From positions 128,638-192,637 of the forward strand of contig PS015022.1 in assembly GCA_048213135.1 (NCBI GenBank): a stretch of 64,000 nt of DNA. The letters run 5' to 3'. The DNA is from Reclinomonas americana ATCC 50394 (lineage: Eukaryota). The notes below the pieces were generated by a model. The model searched no databases, had not been told where the DNA came from, and worked only from the letters and a program-made list of their open reading frames with translations. A program made the translations under genes and the position numbers. Of the stretch, positions 12,697-30,795 are shown piece by piece. Every line of letters starts with the position of its first letter. Positions within the stretch are counted from its first letter, which is position 1.

Positions 12697-12911
12697 GGTC
12701 GCCCCCCTTCCAATGCGTTTCCTGTTGAAACCCCGATGCTCGTGCGCGCGCGCGAGAACAAGCACTTACACGCACACGACACACACGAAACAAACACACA
12801 CGGAGTGCGTTCAATGCAAAGCGGACAATTGATAACCCCGCCCCGCGGGACCGCAGAGGACGGACGTGGCACATCGTCATTTCACGCGTGCTTAAACGCC
12901 ACAGCACGCCC

Positions 12912-13433
12912 ATGTCGCGTCCCGGTAATCTTCTGCTGCCTTGCTCTCTTTATTTATTTCGCGTGTGGCTTACTTTTTTCGCGACGTCAGACGTTCCCAT
13001 GTCACTCTCCGAGCTCATGGAACGCATGTTGCGCGCCACGACTGCCTCGCAGCTTGACGACACACTGGAGACAGTCAGCGGGTTCTTCAGCTCCGCGTGC
13101 GCGCAGTGGAGAGAGTGGGATGCGCGCGAGCAGGCCGCCGAGCGCGAACGCACTGGCGCTCGCACGCAACGTCGCGCTCACTTGTTGGAGATGCTGACTG
13201 GAGGCAGTGAGGATGTCACAGTGGCGACTGATGCAGCGCAGAGCAATCATGATGATGATGATTTGGCGACGAGTATTGTTCTGTTGCAGTCCAAGTATGC
13301 ACTGGAGAGGCAGATGGAGGAGGAGAGGGAGCATCGGAAGAGGAGAGCATCGTTGCATTCGCGAGGTGGAGGCGATGAGGAGCAGGAGGAGGAGCAAGAG
13401 GAGGAGGAGGAGGAGGAGAGGCCAGACGAGTGA
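12912..13433 (+). CDS. Small hypothetical helical protein with acidic C-terminus
   Basis: ATG at 12912, a short intron, then an open frame MSLSELMERMLRATT...LQSKYALERQMEEE...EEERPDE*. No family recognised. Confidence 0.55.
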   Translation: MSRPGNLLLPCSLYLFRVWLTFFATSDVPMSLSELMERMLRATTASQLDDTLETVSGFFSSACAQWREWDAREQAAERERTGARTQRRAHLLEMLTGGSEDVTVATDAAQSNHDDDDLATSIVLLQSKYALERQMEEEREHRKRRASLHSRGGGDEEQEEEQEEEEEEERPDE

Positions 13434-13529
13434 AGACCCCCTTTCATAGCTTTTGATCACAGGCCTCATGTAAGGCATGCAAGGAGAAGGAAGCAACAAT
13501 CTAGCCGTGTATTTTGTCTGTTTAAGTGT

Positions 13530-17705
<4,176 letters not shown>

Positions 17706-17777
17706 TGCTCTCACTGATCACACACTGATCACACACTGACTGTCAATCAACAGACTGTCTCTCTCTCCAACTTTGTC

Positions 17778-19411
17778 ATGTTTCGCATAGTGCGGCCTTT
17801 GTCGCGCACCCGCGCAGTTGCCCTTTGCGCACTGATCGCGGTGGCACTCATCACACTGCTCACATGCACGATCACACTGGCCACGCATGACTCCTCTCCT
17901 TGCGACACAAAACACGGTCTGCGCAAGGGAAAAAACCTCTGTGTTTCTTTACATGCCACCAACTGCGTTTCTTGTTTGCAAACCAACAAACAGCGACTTT
18001 ACGAGTGTATGTGGCCGTGGCGATTCCGCTCATGTTTGTGCACTTTTGGTCGGCGTGTTGGGTGTTCGCCTTGGCCGGCTTCTGGCAACCGGTTCGTGGC
18101 TGCGCAGCGCGACTCTACGAGTGGTTCACTGCGGTGGTGTGGAGCCTCTCACAGCCCATGTTTGTGTGGGGTGTGGTGGAGCTGGTGGTCACGCCTTGTG
18201 TTGCGTTTTTTTCATGCATTGCAGTCATTGTCTGCTAATTCTCATTGCGCGATCGGAACATTGCTCGGCAGCGACCGGCCTCGGGGCTGCCTGTCGACAA
18301 CAGTGGCGGTTATTTGTTCTCTGTGGCGGTGTTTGCGTGTGTCATTGAGGCGCTGTTTGCCACGTTGGCCACCACGTTCCAGGCGCTGCTGATCATCTTC
18401 TGGTGTATTGGCATGGATCGGTGCACGGTCAAGGATAAGCGATGGCGGTCGTTGACGGACTTGAGCACGGGTACGGATTCGCCAGAGTCGTATGTGGGGG
18501 AGTGAGTCGACTGACTATAGACTGCAGTGATGAATGCGCAGTACGATGTGCAGCGGGCGTCGACGGATTTCAAGATTGATGTGATAGCCGACAACGAGCT
18601 GCATCGCGTGCTTGCCGATGTGCCGAGTGTGCCGGAGCTGCTGAAGACGCCGCACTTTCGTCCAGCCATCGGAATCACTCACTCGCCAGGTTGTGTGCCC
18701 ACGCGTGTGAGCGCAAGGTCGGCGGTGCGGTGCACCTGACTTTTTTTTACCACCTCAGGGCGCACTCGGCATCGCGACATCGACCCAGAGACGTCGCCAC
18801 CGCAGCTCCTGTGCGACGATATTGCATATGTCGCCACCCAGCATCGATGCACCACGCTGGTGACGCTGCTGCAGGAGCGCGACATGCAACTGCTCGGTCT
18901 CGGTGATCCACGCACCTTCTCCGAATTGGTGGTGAATCGAGCCGGCCTCAAGTGGGTGCACTACCCGATCAGGGACCGGTACCTCACGTCGTCGTTTGCT
19001 GAGTTTGTCACCTTTATCCGTAGTTGCGTACTGGCGGACTGGGCCGCTATCGCGCTCAAATACTCATCGGCGCGCGTGCATGCAGATTTGCGCGATCTGG
19101 TGTTGCAAGGCGAGCGGCTGTTGATTCACTGCAATGGTGGCAAGGGCCGTGCGGGTGCGTACGATTCATGTGACTCCTTGTTGGCTTCCTCGACTGCCTT
19201 ACCCTCGCTCTCTCCTTGCCTGTTGTTGACAGCCACCACCACCGTGTGCCTGCTCATTCTCCTCGGCATGCCCATGTGGGACGCACGCAAGCTGGTGCGT
19301 CGCACACGACCCGGCACCCTGACTAATCCACTCCAAATCCTCTTTGTGATGAACTTTGCGCTGCACTTTGCGGGCGGCCGCGGTGCGGCACAATTAGAGG
19401 ACAGAATATAG
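17778..19411 (+). CDS. CDKN3/bacterial-like dual-specificity (CX5R) phosphatase with N-terminal hydrophobic segments
   Basis: IGITHSPG, LVTLLQERDM, WVHYPIRD (general-acid loop), LIHCNGGKGRA (P-loop), VRRTRPGTLTNPLQ. Two to three hydrophobic stretches lie in the first exons. Confidence 0.8.
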
Positions 19412-19606
19412 AATGTTTTTTTGTTGGCTGTTTTTTATACACACTATCTATGCACTTACTCGCTGAGCGGCGACAAACAAAAACTGCACACCACACGCAC
19501 CAGCCCTATCGCCAAGAGAGAAGAAAACAACAAGAAGCAGCAATAACCCAAGCAAACAACAACACATACACAAACCACAAGTAAACGAACACAGCAGCTA
19601 CATCTT

Positions 19607-22600
19607 CTACAGGTCGTCGTCGGTAATGTCCGACACGGCCATCTCGGTGGACGAGGTGCCGAGTGGCTGCGTGCCCACTCGCTGCACGGCATCGGCCGAG
19701 GAGCTGACCGAGGTCGCTGTTGTCAGCACGGACGGTCGCGCAAGCGCCGCACCACCAGTCGCCGACAGCGACACCACATCATTGGAACGCGGCTGTGTGG
19801 ATCCAGGGGCTGCAGAAAGAGGGCATAGAGTGAGTCAATCATGTTTATTTAACGCACGCAGATCACAAGACGCAACTGAGACGTGAGGGGCTCATCACGC
19901 GAGTGATCGTGGCCGGATCCATTCTCACAATCGGAGTTGCATCTCCTGCACTCAGAAATGATTAGCAAGTGTTGGCGGCGAAAGTGGCACACACAAAAGC
20001 ACACCACGACAAACCACTGGGAATAACCGGCGGGACGGGCGCGGCCACCACGGCGCGCGGGGCCATGACGACGGCCGGAGCGGCAGCGCTAGACTCGGGG
20101 GTCGGCGCCGACGGCACCGTCGTGTTACTACCAATCCGCGGCACGCCAGCACCGCTGTCGGTGGCGGCGGCCAACACCGGGGAACCACGTCCTCGGCCAC
20201 GTCCCATGGCTGCGGCAACAAGGCCGAGTCCAGGCGCACTGCGGTCTCCGTCCTGCGGTCGTCGCGTAAGTTTTTGCACTCTCTCACGACACGTCATGTC
20301 AAGACAAAAGTCACACAAACCGTGAGTCCCGGAAGCGGGCGGCCGCCACCGACTGCGCGTCCCGGTCCGGGGCGGCGGGATACCGGCGACGGAGAGGAAG
20401 ATGCGGCTGCGGTGCGCGGTGGCGCGGAGGAGGAGCGCTGTGTGTAGAGTAGTGGCAAGCAGTTGAGCGAATGCAGCTTCACAGAAATCACGACACCGCG
20501 CAACCGTGCAACGCACCTGCGGTGGTGGGTTGGCAGCCACCAGTCGATTCAGTTCCTCGTCAATGACGCCAAGCTGTCGCTCGAAAGCGGCATTGCGCTT
20601 CTTCCGATCCAGCGTCTGGAGTGTGCTGAGCAGCTTGTCTTCCGTGTCACCGGCAGGTGGTCCGTACGGTTGCAAGCGCTCGCGCAGATCGCGCTCCACC
20701 ATGCGACGCTCATTCGCGATCGATGATGCGTTGTGTGGGAATCGCGACTTGATGAACGGCACGCCAGGCAGGCCATCTGCGTGATGACGGGAGTGGGCGA
20801 GTGAGTGTGACATGTCTCTCCCCGCCCCCGCATAGGCAAGCCACGCAACGAGTCTCCGACGTTGGAATCTCCATGGACTGCGAGGGACTGATGGGCTCTG
20901 GCGCCGCAGATGGCGGCGCATTGAACTCCTCGGTCTGTGATTCAGAGGCCCCAAGTCCAGGACTAAAGGCCTCGACTGAAAACGACGCACTGGGTATGGG
21001 CATCGGCACTGGAGCCGGAGCCGGAGCTGGAGCCGCTGCTGCTGCCGCACGTGGCTCACTCACATAGTTGGTCTTTGGTTGAATGACAGGAGGTGCGGGT
21101 GTCTCCTTTCGCTGCAAGTGGGTGAACAAAAGATAGGTGAGGATCTCGTAGTCGCCGAGCATGGCAGCAGCAAGACGGCAAACCTCATGCTCCATGACAT
21201 CCAGCTGGTGCTGCAATCACCAAAGACCACCACAACTTTGTTTCAGTCTCACACCCTCCTTCACAGACGCACCCCATGAGGGCACACAAACACACTGACC
21301 TGCAGCTCGTCGGCCTCGGCACGCACGTCCTCCAAGTAGCCTTCGTACTCGTCAAGCTTCTTGTTCATCCGCTCCTCCATGTCTCGTCGCTCGGCTGCCA
21401 GGTCATTAATCAGCCTCTGACGCTCCACACGGGCCGCCTCCCGCTCGCGGTCGAGCTCAGCCTGAATAAGTGCGCGCACACTGCTCTCCTTGACCTCGCC
21501 ATTTCCGGCCGGCACTGTGGTCGAACACATCGAGGTAAGCACGAGGCCTGCAACACTCGCTGGAGACGCGCAGCACCGGCTTACCAGTCACCGGCATGTC
21601 GCGCATGCTCTGCAGCTGCGACTGCAACGATGCCACGGCCTCCTGAGCCTGGCGTGCTCGAGTCTGCTCCTCCTGCACCTGACAACGCAGATTGTCGGCC
21701 TCGCGCTGCTGATCCCGCAAGCGAGTCTCCATGGCCGATTGTGCATTCTCCGCGTCGAGACGCTGCTTTCGCAGCTCGGCCTCGGTGCGCTGCAGTGCAA
21801 TCTGAGTCGGCTCCAGTCGCTCTGCAATCATTCGAGAAATTTGTTGCTCCTGCACCACAGCCGACGTGAGTGCAATCGTACGAAAAAGAGAGCATCAACG
21901 GCCAACGACGCAACATCGATGCGAGGATGTTGCCTCTCATCGTCGGCCTCCATGCGTGGCGGCTCGCGCGCGCGGCTCTGCGAGTCAATGTGCTGCACAA
22001 GGCCGCCAATGCGGTCTTGGAAGTCGTGCAACAGGTCCGCCTGCCACGCACACGCGCACAGCGTGAGTGGCCACTTGCCCGCGCATGCAAAGCCATGGCA
22101 CATACACATACACACCTTCATCTGGTTGAACTTGGTCTCCATCATGTTGCGCTCCTCGCGCTGGAACGCTTGCCAGTCGAATGTCTGTTTGCGGGGGCAT
22201 TGACTATGAACACCGGTGACCATATCACTCCGATATAAGCACACAAACCTCGGCTGGGCGAGCGCTGACGGCGCGCCTAATCTCTTCCATGCGATCCTGC
22301 ATTTGGCGCGCAATGTCCTCCTGCATGCGGTTCATCTTGGTCTCCGTGTTGGTCGTCACACCGCGAATGAGCGGCTCCACCACACGCTCCACATCGGCGG
22401 CCACATTCATCGGCGCCGCAGCCTGTGCCGGCGCCGCCATTGGTGCACCGCGGCGACCACTGCGACCCGACTCCACATCGAAACCGTCCTCCTCCAGCTC
22501 CTTCGGGTGCTTCTTCTGCAAGTGCCGATACAAGTATCCGTTGTTGGCAAAGTTCTTGCTGCAGTAGTCGCAGCGCTGCCAGGAGAGGTCGGGAGTGGTG

Positions 22601-23329
22601 TTAGTCACGGAAGCATCTATCTCGTGCTGCTGCTTGTGTCTCACACTCACCTGGCCCACAAAGTTGTGCTGCTCAATTACATACTGCATGGCCTTCATCG
22701 CCTTTTTCTGGTTGCGCACTTCACTCTCCAGCATTTGCACCTCAGCACGCTGCATGTTACACAAGTGAGCAGGTCTGACTATGCACCGCGCAAAAGGCAT
22801 CCACTCCACGCAACAAGTCGCTCCTCGTTGCGCGACGTCTCCACTGTGCCCACGCTCAGCTCCTTGAGGCGCGTGTCCAGCTCGTCGCGTCGCTTCTTCA
22901 GCACGTACTGGCCATAGTGAATGTACTCGACCAACATCTGGAAGATACGGATGAGGGCGACAAAGTCGTCGCGCTTGCACTTGCGAAAGTCTGCACGATC
23001 CATGAGCTCAGACAGCAGCGTTCGATCATTGCGCGAAGTACGAACCCTCATTCTTGACGTCCGAGTACGTCACGTTCTCCAGCACGCCCAGCAAGCTCGT
23101 TGCATCGTTCTACACAACAACTTCACCAATAAGAGACTCGCATCTACAAGGCAGGCGATCATCATACGACAGAGACCTCTCGCTCGATCCGGTCAAGATC
23201 GAGACTCGTAATGTCGAGCCAGTTCAGTCGCTGATCGCGCTTGCGGAACTTGAACGGTACCACACGCGGTGTGGCGTTGACCGTCATCGCAGCCGTCGTC
23301 GTCGCCCCATTCGATCGCTTCTCACTCAT
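19607..23329 (-). CDS. DZIP1: DZIP1/Iguana-like ciliary base protein (Dzip1 N domain, C2H2 finger, coiled coils)
   Basis: FKFRKRDQRLNWLDITSLDLDRIERE, LENVTYSDV, FVALIRIFQMLVEYIHYGQ, CDYCSKNFANNGYLYRHLQKKH. Stop at 19607-19609. Confidence 0.82.
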
Positions 23330-23579
23330 GCTGCGGACAGCCATCGGACACACGCACGTAACACCCCAGTCAGACGCTCGTGTGTGCCTTGTGTAACACT
23401 CACAACCCCATCGCACATGCACACACAAACACGCACAAGAACACAATGTATGTGTGTGCGTGGGTGTGGAAGTTCTATCCAACTCCCCTCACTGTTTCTC
23501 CTCTCGCTCTGAACTGCCACGATCCTCTCACCTGCTTGATCACTGTCCGTTTTTGATCAGTTTGCTCTTGACTCAAACT

Positions 23580-26500
23580 CACACTCACTCTATCACACAG
23601 ACACACAGTGCGGGGGAAGCAGATGGTGAGGCAGCGACTGCGGAGTGGAGAACAAGGTGTGGAAAATGTGGGACATTTGCATTTGACCGTTGCTGCCACG
23701 TCATGAAACGTTCACTTCAATGTGGGGACAGTTGCGGCAAGCCACGCTGCCGGCCAGCTTCCAAGTGGAACTGCAGCTGTGCTTGTTTCCCGCGCCATTT
23801 CCAAGTCCGGCAGCTTGTGCGGAGTGCACATCACAAACTGCAACGTCTCCAACGGCCGTGCATCACTGCGAGCATGATCAGCTACTCGGGCTTTGTTGAC
23901 CGCATGCAAGCAAAACGCACCGTGTATAACCTCCGAAAGGCTCCTGCGCCGGTGGTACTGGCATATGTGAAGATGGCCAGCCTACGGCCGGCGGACACAC
24001 GGCACCGAGAGGATCGCCTGTCGGAAAGGATGGTGAGCGGTCATGCAACACTCGACCGCAATCGGCCAGAGAAGACGCAACGAAGACGTCGACTCCACTC
24101 GTCCAAGTTGGCCTGCAGCGTACACTGCAAGTCGTACTTGAAGGCATACTCGGGATGCTCGCCGACCCACACATGACTGAGTGGTGTCGACCGCCGATCG
24201 CGCTCGTTGCCTGCGGGCGTCACGCAGTCGCCAGACTGCAGCCCCGCCACCAAGTCGTCCAGCGTCATCCAGCCGACCTGCAACGTGGTGAGACGGTGAA
24301 AAGTGCGTGAACAGGCACACCACACGAAACTCCAGCCTCGCCAAAGTAGCGCACACGGCGGTCTGGATGTGCGCTCGGCGTGTTCTTGTGCACCGTCTGC
24401 GCACTCTCCGGCTCATCGGTGTCGCGCGGAAACCACATGAGGAGCTCCAGATAGCCGCCGCCAAAGCCACCGGCAGCCTCGGAAAAATCAAAGCCGTGCA
24501 GCCTCGATGCGGACAAGTCGCGCGGATCGTCAACCGGCAGCAGCCTGGCGACGGCCTCGTCGAGTGTCCACGATCTGGCCAGAGGATCGTGATCACAACG
24601 ACGGTAAAACGCAGGACGCTCTGCCGGTGGCATGGCGGCAGCCGTGGATGGGCGAACCACAGTGGGTGCACCGCTGTGAGCGACGTCGACTGTCGATGAC
24701 TGGCGAGCACGTGCCTCGACCTGTGCATTCGTCTCACCGACCTCTGTTCCCAACATGCCGCTGTTAGAAACCTCTCTCCCGAACCAACGGTTGATTGCGC
24801 AACGTACCATCCTGCGGCAGACGGCGATTGCAGAACAATCCCGACTCGAACTCGGCGTGCAGCTGTCGTCGCAGCGGCGACTGTGCATGTACACACACAC
24901 AAACACACACACGCACATACAGGGCATGAGCTCTCTCGCTCCAGATCTTCACATCTGTCTGCGCACATGCGTACCGCAGGTTGCGTGAGGGTGCGAGGCA
25001 GAGGTGGAGGCGGATCGTGCGGTGATTTGTCGGCCGCACTTGTTGCACGACCGAGCAACACGTCAATCGAGTTCAACACAGATGGACGACGCCAATCGAC
25101 GGCCACACGACTGTATACACAGACGCAGGTTGAGTGTGTGCAAGACACACACAGATCATAAGTGACAATAACCGTTCAGCGGCTGACAGCTGCTCCTCCG
25201 TGTGTGCAATTGCCGACGACAGCGCGACCAGTGTGTCGGCGCCGCGAAGCGCGCGCTGCAACGCATCCAACTCGAACTCATCCCACCAGTGCGTATCAGC
25301 CTGTTCATACAGAAATGGCGTGAGGCGATTGAGAAGCACAGCGCAGTGCCGATAATGTGACGCACCAGGAGCGCGGAAACGTTCCTGATCGCCGTCTCCG
25401 CAGTTCGCATGTCGCGCAGCAGCAGTTTTGCTGCGTGGAGGCAACACCAAGTGAGCAGACCGATGATTCGCAATGGAGGCAAAATGGATGCACTCCACCT
25501 GCTGGATCGTCGGCGGATGTGAGCTGTGACATCAAGTTGCGCATGTGCACTCCAGGACGCGTGCGCAGAAACTCTGGCGGTGCTGCCGTGAGACGCTGAC
25601 ATACTCGGTGGAGACGCCCAGTCGCACAACGGAGCGACACAAATGACGCGTGGTCAAAGAGCTCCCGCAGCTGCAACCGGTGCTTGGAGTCGTCACTGAG
25701 CAGGTCGCAACAGGATGTGAATAAAACAGACTCTTTTCTGCGATGCAGTTGCACCACGTGCCTGTTTTCAAGCATCATCTCCAGCGCCACATCGTTCTCG
25801 GCAAACTCCAGTTCCCGGCGCACATCACGCAGCACGGCGGCCTCGCGATCCAACCTGAACCAGCAACGGCGTGATTACGGGGAACGAACATGGTAAGAGA
25901 AGTGACAACGGACTACGCAACTCTTCAGCAGCCGACGTGGTGGCGACGGCTTCTGGCGTGCCGAGGAACGGGAGCAACTACGACAGCGTGGTGCGGATGA
26001 GTGATAGAATGCGCAGTCGTAATACGATCGACCGCCCACACCTCTTCCCGCACAAGCATGCTGTACGCTTGCATCAACTGCAACAACTCGCCACTCGACA
26101 GGCGACCGGTTCGGAATCGGCGTTGTGCCTCGGCAATTGCCTGCAGGAGAGACGCGCACCACAGACGTCCGAGTTGTGCACGGACTGAGTCCGGCGGGGC
26201 CGCACGTAACAGCGTGGACAGCGTGTGCTCCGCGCGCGAGGGCACTGCGCATCGAGTGAGTATATTGACACAAGGAGTAAACAGGCGCAGCGCTCACCAT
26301 CTGCAGCGTCGTTGCGAGTCAGCGACAGCAGAACGTGCGATGGGTCATCGTTGGCATACGACTGGAGCAGCAACGACGTGTCGGGCGAGCCTAATCAACA
26401 TGTAACGAGTGGGCAGAGGAAGCAGGTGGAGGTGGAGGTAGAGCAAAAGGACCCACGCACCGTCATCAGACTCACTTCCAAACACTGAATCGGCGCGTAG

Positions 26501-29500
26501 CAAGTCGCACGTCAGCAGAGGCAGTTGTTCCAACGCATGAATTCGTGTGTGCTGCATGTGGTACACAGGGAAGGAGTGAGCGGGAGAATGAAGCAACGGG
26601 CAGCACGGCAGGGCACACCGAGGGCATGAGTGAATCGACGATGGTTGAGTGCACGGCTTGCGGAGTCTTTGCCATTGCGGCGATGAGGATACACGAGTGC
26701 AGAGTGTGGAGAGGACGTCACACAGACCGTGAACGCAGTCGACGACAAGTGGTCGCACTGCTCCAGCGAGGCCAAAAGCCGGAACTGCTCCTCACGAGGA
26801 CCGACTGCCGGTTGCCACTCATTCGGCAGCGACGGGCACTGCTGCGCAAGCAGGGCACAGTCGATCGGAGACACGGGCGAGAGGATGTCGGGTGCTCGCA
26901 GACGATCAACGGCCTCCATCACGTGTGGCGGCGCCTGTGCGATCCCTCCCATCAGCAAACAATGCCCATTGTGCTTCTACGAAAAAATGCGCATGCAACT
27001 CTGCGCGACAAGGCCGAAGCGGCGGCCGACCACGTTGCATCGGCACTGGTGACGGAGACCGGGATCTTCCGCAGCGATGACGCGAGCTGTGCCGCTGACT
27101 CCAGCAGCGTGTCGATCTGTGAAGAGCGAGACTCAGCAACGACCCACACAGTGTGGATAAGGATAATCGGTCACCTTTTGCTGCAGCGCCGTGGCAGTGC
27201 TACCAGACAACACCGACAACAAGGACTGCGCAGAGGCGACAGATTCTGTCCCCACAGCAGTGCTCGGCGACGCCGAGACGAGAGGGAGACGGAGTTGGAG
27301 CTCGTTGTCGAGTTGCTCGCCAACGGCAGCATCGAGTGCCGCACCGGCGTGCTCCAGTCGCGACATTCGCTGACTGCCGGAACTCTCCGGCGCCACTCGC
27401 GGCAGCAGCATTCGTGCGTCCTCGCTGTCATGACTCCATGCCTCGAGTTCTTGAGCATGTCTGCATTTATTCCATCGCCCGTGAGTCACACGCACCTCTA
27501 GCGGGTGGCACCTGTCCTCTTCGCAACTGCGTTACATGCTCCGGCAGAGTCTCAGCTGGCACCGACACAAACAAACGGCGCAACGCTGGCGCATACGCCC
27601 GACTGTAATGGCGAATAACAGTGCCAGTCGTCGGGATGGTGGGCAGGTGCTTGAAGAACGGCTGTGTGATGATCAACAACAGGGCAATCGGCCAGAAAAC
27701 TACGGAAACAAACAGATGGTTCCATACCGCCAACTCGACAGTCAACATGCGTGACAGCAGCATGAGGAGCGGATGGTCTGCGAGTGTGGTCAAGTGCTCA
27801 CGCAGACGCTGCTCGTTGAACACCTTGAGCAAGGCAGGCGAGCTGATACCGCGCACAAAGGCCCTGCAGTGACACGAAGACAGTGAGGCGGTGGTAAGTC
27901 ACTCGGGCACCTGCATGTGAGTGTTCACCGGTAGTGGACCATGCTGGCCGAGTTGCTGACGAGCACATTACGAATGTGCGGCAGAATCCGTGGAGCATGC
28001 AGAAGCACATCGGGTGACTCGCTGGCAGCGCGCTGCGACTGCGCGAGCGTGTTTCCCGACCATCGACGCAACAGCATGGTCACTGCCATGAAAGCGCGAC
28101 GCACTAACGAGAGAGAAGAAAGGCGACACACGCAAGTGGGTCAGCGGAGGGAGGTGGAAACAAGAGCACACAGTAGCTTGTATGCGCACCATCGGCAGAC
28201 AGTGACGCCCATGTGCGATCTCCGGCAATCGCGCGACAAACGAGCAACGCCGCTGCCAGTGGGTTCTCAGCAAACCACACCGAAGCAGAGAGTGGTCTGC
28301 AAAACCGTAAGTGCTCTGCCAAACTCGCCTGCTTCCACACAACACGCAACCTTTCGAGATGACTCTCAGCCGCTCGTCGACTCAATTGCACCGAGTCGCC
28401 AGTCACTGGCAATCTCACCAGCAGTCGATCCCTGCAGCACGTCAGTGACAGCGAAAGGAAGCAAAAGATGGGGAAACAGCGTCACGCACTCGACAGATGT
28501 ACGCGCATACTCGATGGGGAAGCAGCGGCGAATGTAGTCGTGCACACCGAGTCGGCCGTCGATCACCAGAGAGCGCAAGGAAAACGGAGTCTGGTCGTCG
28601 AGTGGCAGGTACACACTGAATGCCGATGGTGTGGAGTGGGAGCCGAGTGGCCACGCCGTCCATGGTCGCCGAACAGGCTGCCAACTTGATGTGCCTGCCA
28701 ATGCAGAGCGACACTGACGGGAGGCCTCACGTCGATCTCGCAGATCGGCAACGCCTACTGGCTCGAACACCTGCCGAAAGCTGCCGGTGACAGCGTCAAC
28801 AAACGGGAACTGCCGCACATGTCGTGCCACTCCGCCCATGCCGTACAATCCCTGCGGGCGGACGGAGCATGAGAGGCAAGACAGCGAGTTGACAGCAGGT
28901 TTGTGCATACGACGCACTCGCTCCGCCAGCGTCTGGCGAACTGGTGCGCCACCCCGAAAACACCCCCAGCGCACGCCGAGAACCACTCCGAATCGGTCAT
29001 TGCGTTTCACCAGCAGCGGTGGCTGCGGGTGAGGAAAGAACAGAGTCAAGGTCGAGACAGATTTTGTCGCACAAACACACACTCTAACCGCTAGCTTGCT
29101 GTGCGCGCCGGTAGCGTGTGGCACGCCAAAGTGTCGCAGCAGCACCTCCACCAGCCTGTGCCATTATCAGTGCGATCAGGAGGAGGCGCCGAGTGGAGTG
29201 AGCAATTGACACTCGTACCGACAGCGTGCGAGGATGGTGTTTTGCCACTCGAGTGTGTACACTGCGCCCGTGGGCGCCAGTCGCTGCAAGTGTGCACTGC
29301 AACGCGATGCGACTGTCAGGCACGGCAGTTACAACCCGTACGTCGCCTCACTCACTCACCACATGTCACTGAGGGTGAGCGGTGCACTGTCACTGCTGCT
29401 GCTGCTGCCACCCAGAGTGTGACACCTGTATCGATCAATGATGAATGCACGACTTCTTTCTCTCTCTCTTTCCCCACGGCTGACACGCAACAGAGCCTGA

Positions 29501-30698
29501 AAGGCACGAGCTGCACTCGAAATGCCGGCAGCAAAGGCCGGCACATCGAGTGTCGTCGCACAATGCCGTGTGACTCGAGCAAATCGCGGCTCAGCTGCCG
29601 AAGGAATCGGCAAGTCAACTTGCCTGCGAAGATCACGTCAGGAGATTGTGTGATAGCGCAGCGCGTGACGTTCTTGCTTTGCTTTGACACACACACGCAC
29701 CAGTCCGGCTGTGAGGCGCGGTCGGGATGCGCATCGTCGACGGTGAATGCTCGAGTGTACTCGGTCAGAGACTGCTGCTGCTCCAATCGTCGTCGTTTCA
29801 CCTCGGCATCCTGCATCGCCACGTGAGCCAACACATTGTGATAATGGCGCACATGCATGCACACAGCACCTCCTCTGCAGAGTCCGCGACCGACGACTCG
29901 GACAATGGCGGCAGAGGCGGCGGTGGCCACGACAAGTCGCCCAGCACCGATTGGCGGTAATCGGCAACGAATGCATCGAGGCTGTGGTGTAATGCGAAGG
30001 TGACAAAATGTGCACAGGGAGAGAAGAGGAAGGGGGGTACACGTACCGTGGAGCCACCGTGGACAAGTCGGGTTTCTCGGCCGACTCGCCATGTCCCTGA
30101 CCTGCAGTCCACGGCTGAGCGACAGCACGCAAGACAACTCACTGTCGACAGCAGCGCACCACACAGCTCAAAGTAGCGCACAAAACGACGGGCATCCTGC
30201 GCCACCGTCGCCTCGTCCACGCCAAGCATCTCCTCACGACTTGTCGCCGATCGCGGCCAATCGCTCTCCGGCGGCAATCGCGCCCCCTGTCTCATGGCGT
30301 GCATGAGCGTACACGCCTCCCCACTGTAGCCACCTCATACACCACTCACGCAACATGCTCATCATCGCCGACGCCCGCGACCATCGATTTCTCCTCTTGC
30401 AGCACAGCAGTCGCCAGCGACACAGGCGACAACTGCGGCGCCGCTGAGGCATCGACATCGACAGTCGACGCGACCGCACATGCAGGCACACGCAGCACTG
30501 CACGCCCCACTGCTGATCAGCACACACAGGCTCACACACACACGCGCGAACTGGAGCAAGAAAAACGCAACATGCAGAGCGCACATCTGCGCGGCGTCGA
30601 CTGGCCGGCGCCATCTCCGCCGCCAGTGCTCGCTGTGAACATGGTCAGAAGAGGAGGGTCTGCGCGGGTACAAAAGGACGAGAACGCACACGACTCAT
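23580..30698 (-). CDS. Large multi-exon helical protein, tentatively FANCA-like; 3' end uncertain
   Basis: A chain of phase-compatible exons starts at ATG 30698. Segments RRLFVSVPAETLPEHV, APPHVMEA...ALL...SLEQCDHL and RRELEFAENDVAL recall human FANCA motifs in the same order (from memory). That this is coding is fairly secure; the family call is weak. Confidence 0.45.
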
Positions 30699-30795
30699 TG
30701 CATCGCTGGTGAAGAATGGCCAAGAATAGAAGAGTGAAACACCAACCAACAAACAGTGTGTGTGTTCCTTACCTATCCTATCCTATCCGAAGACG

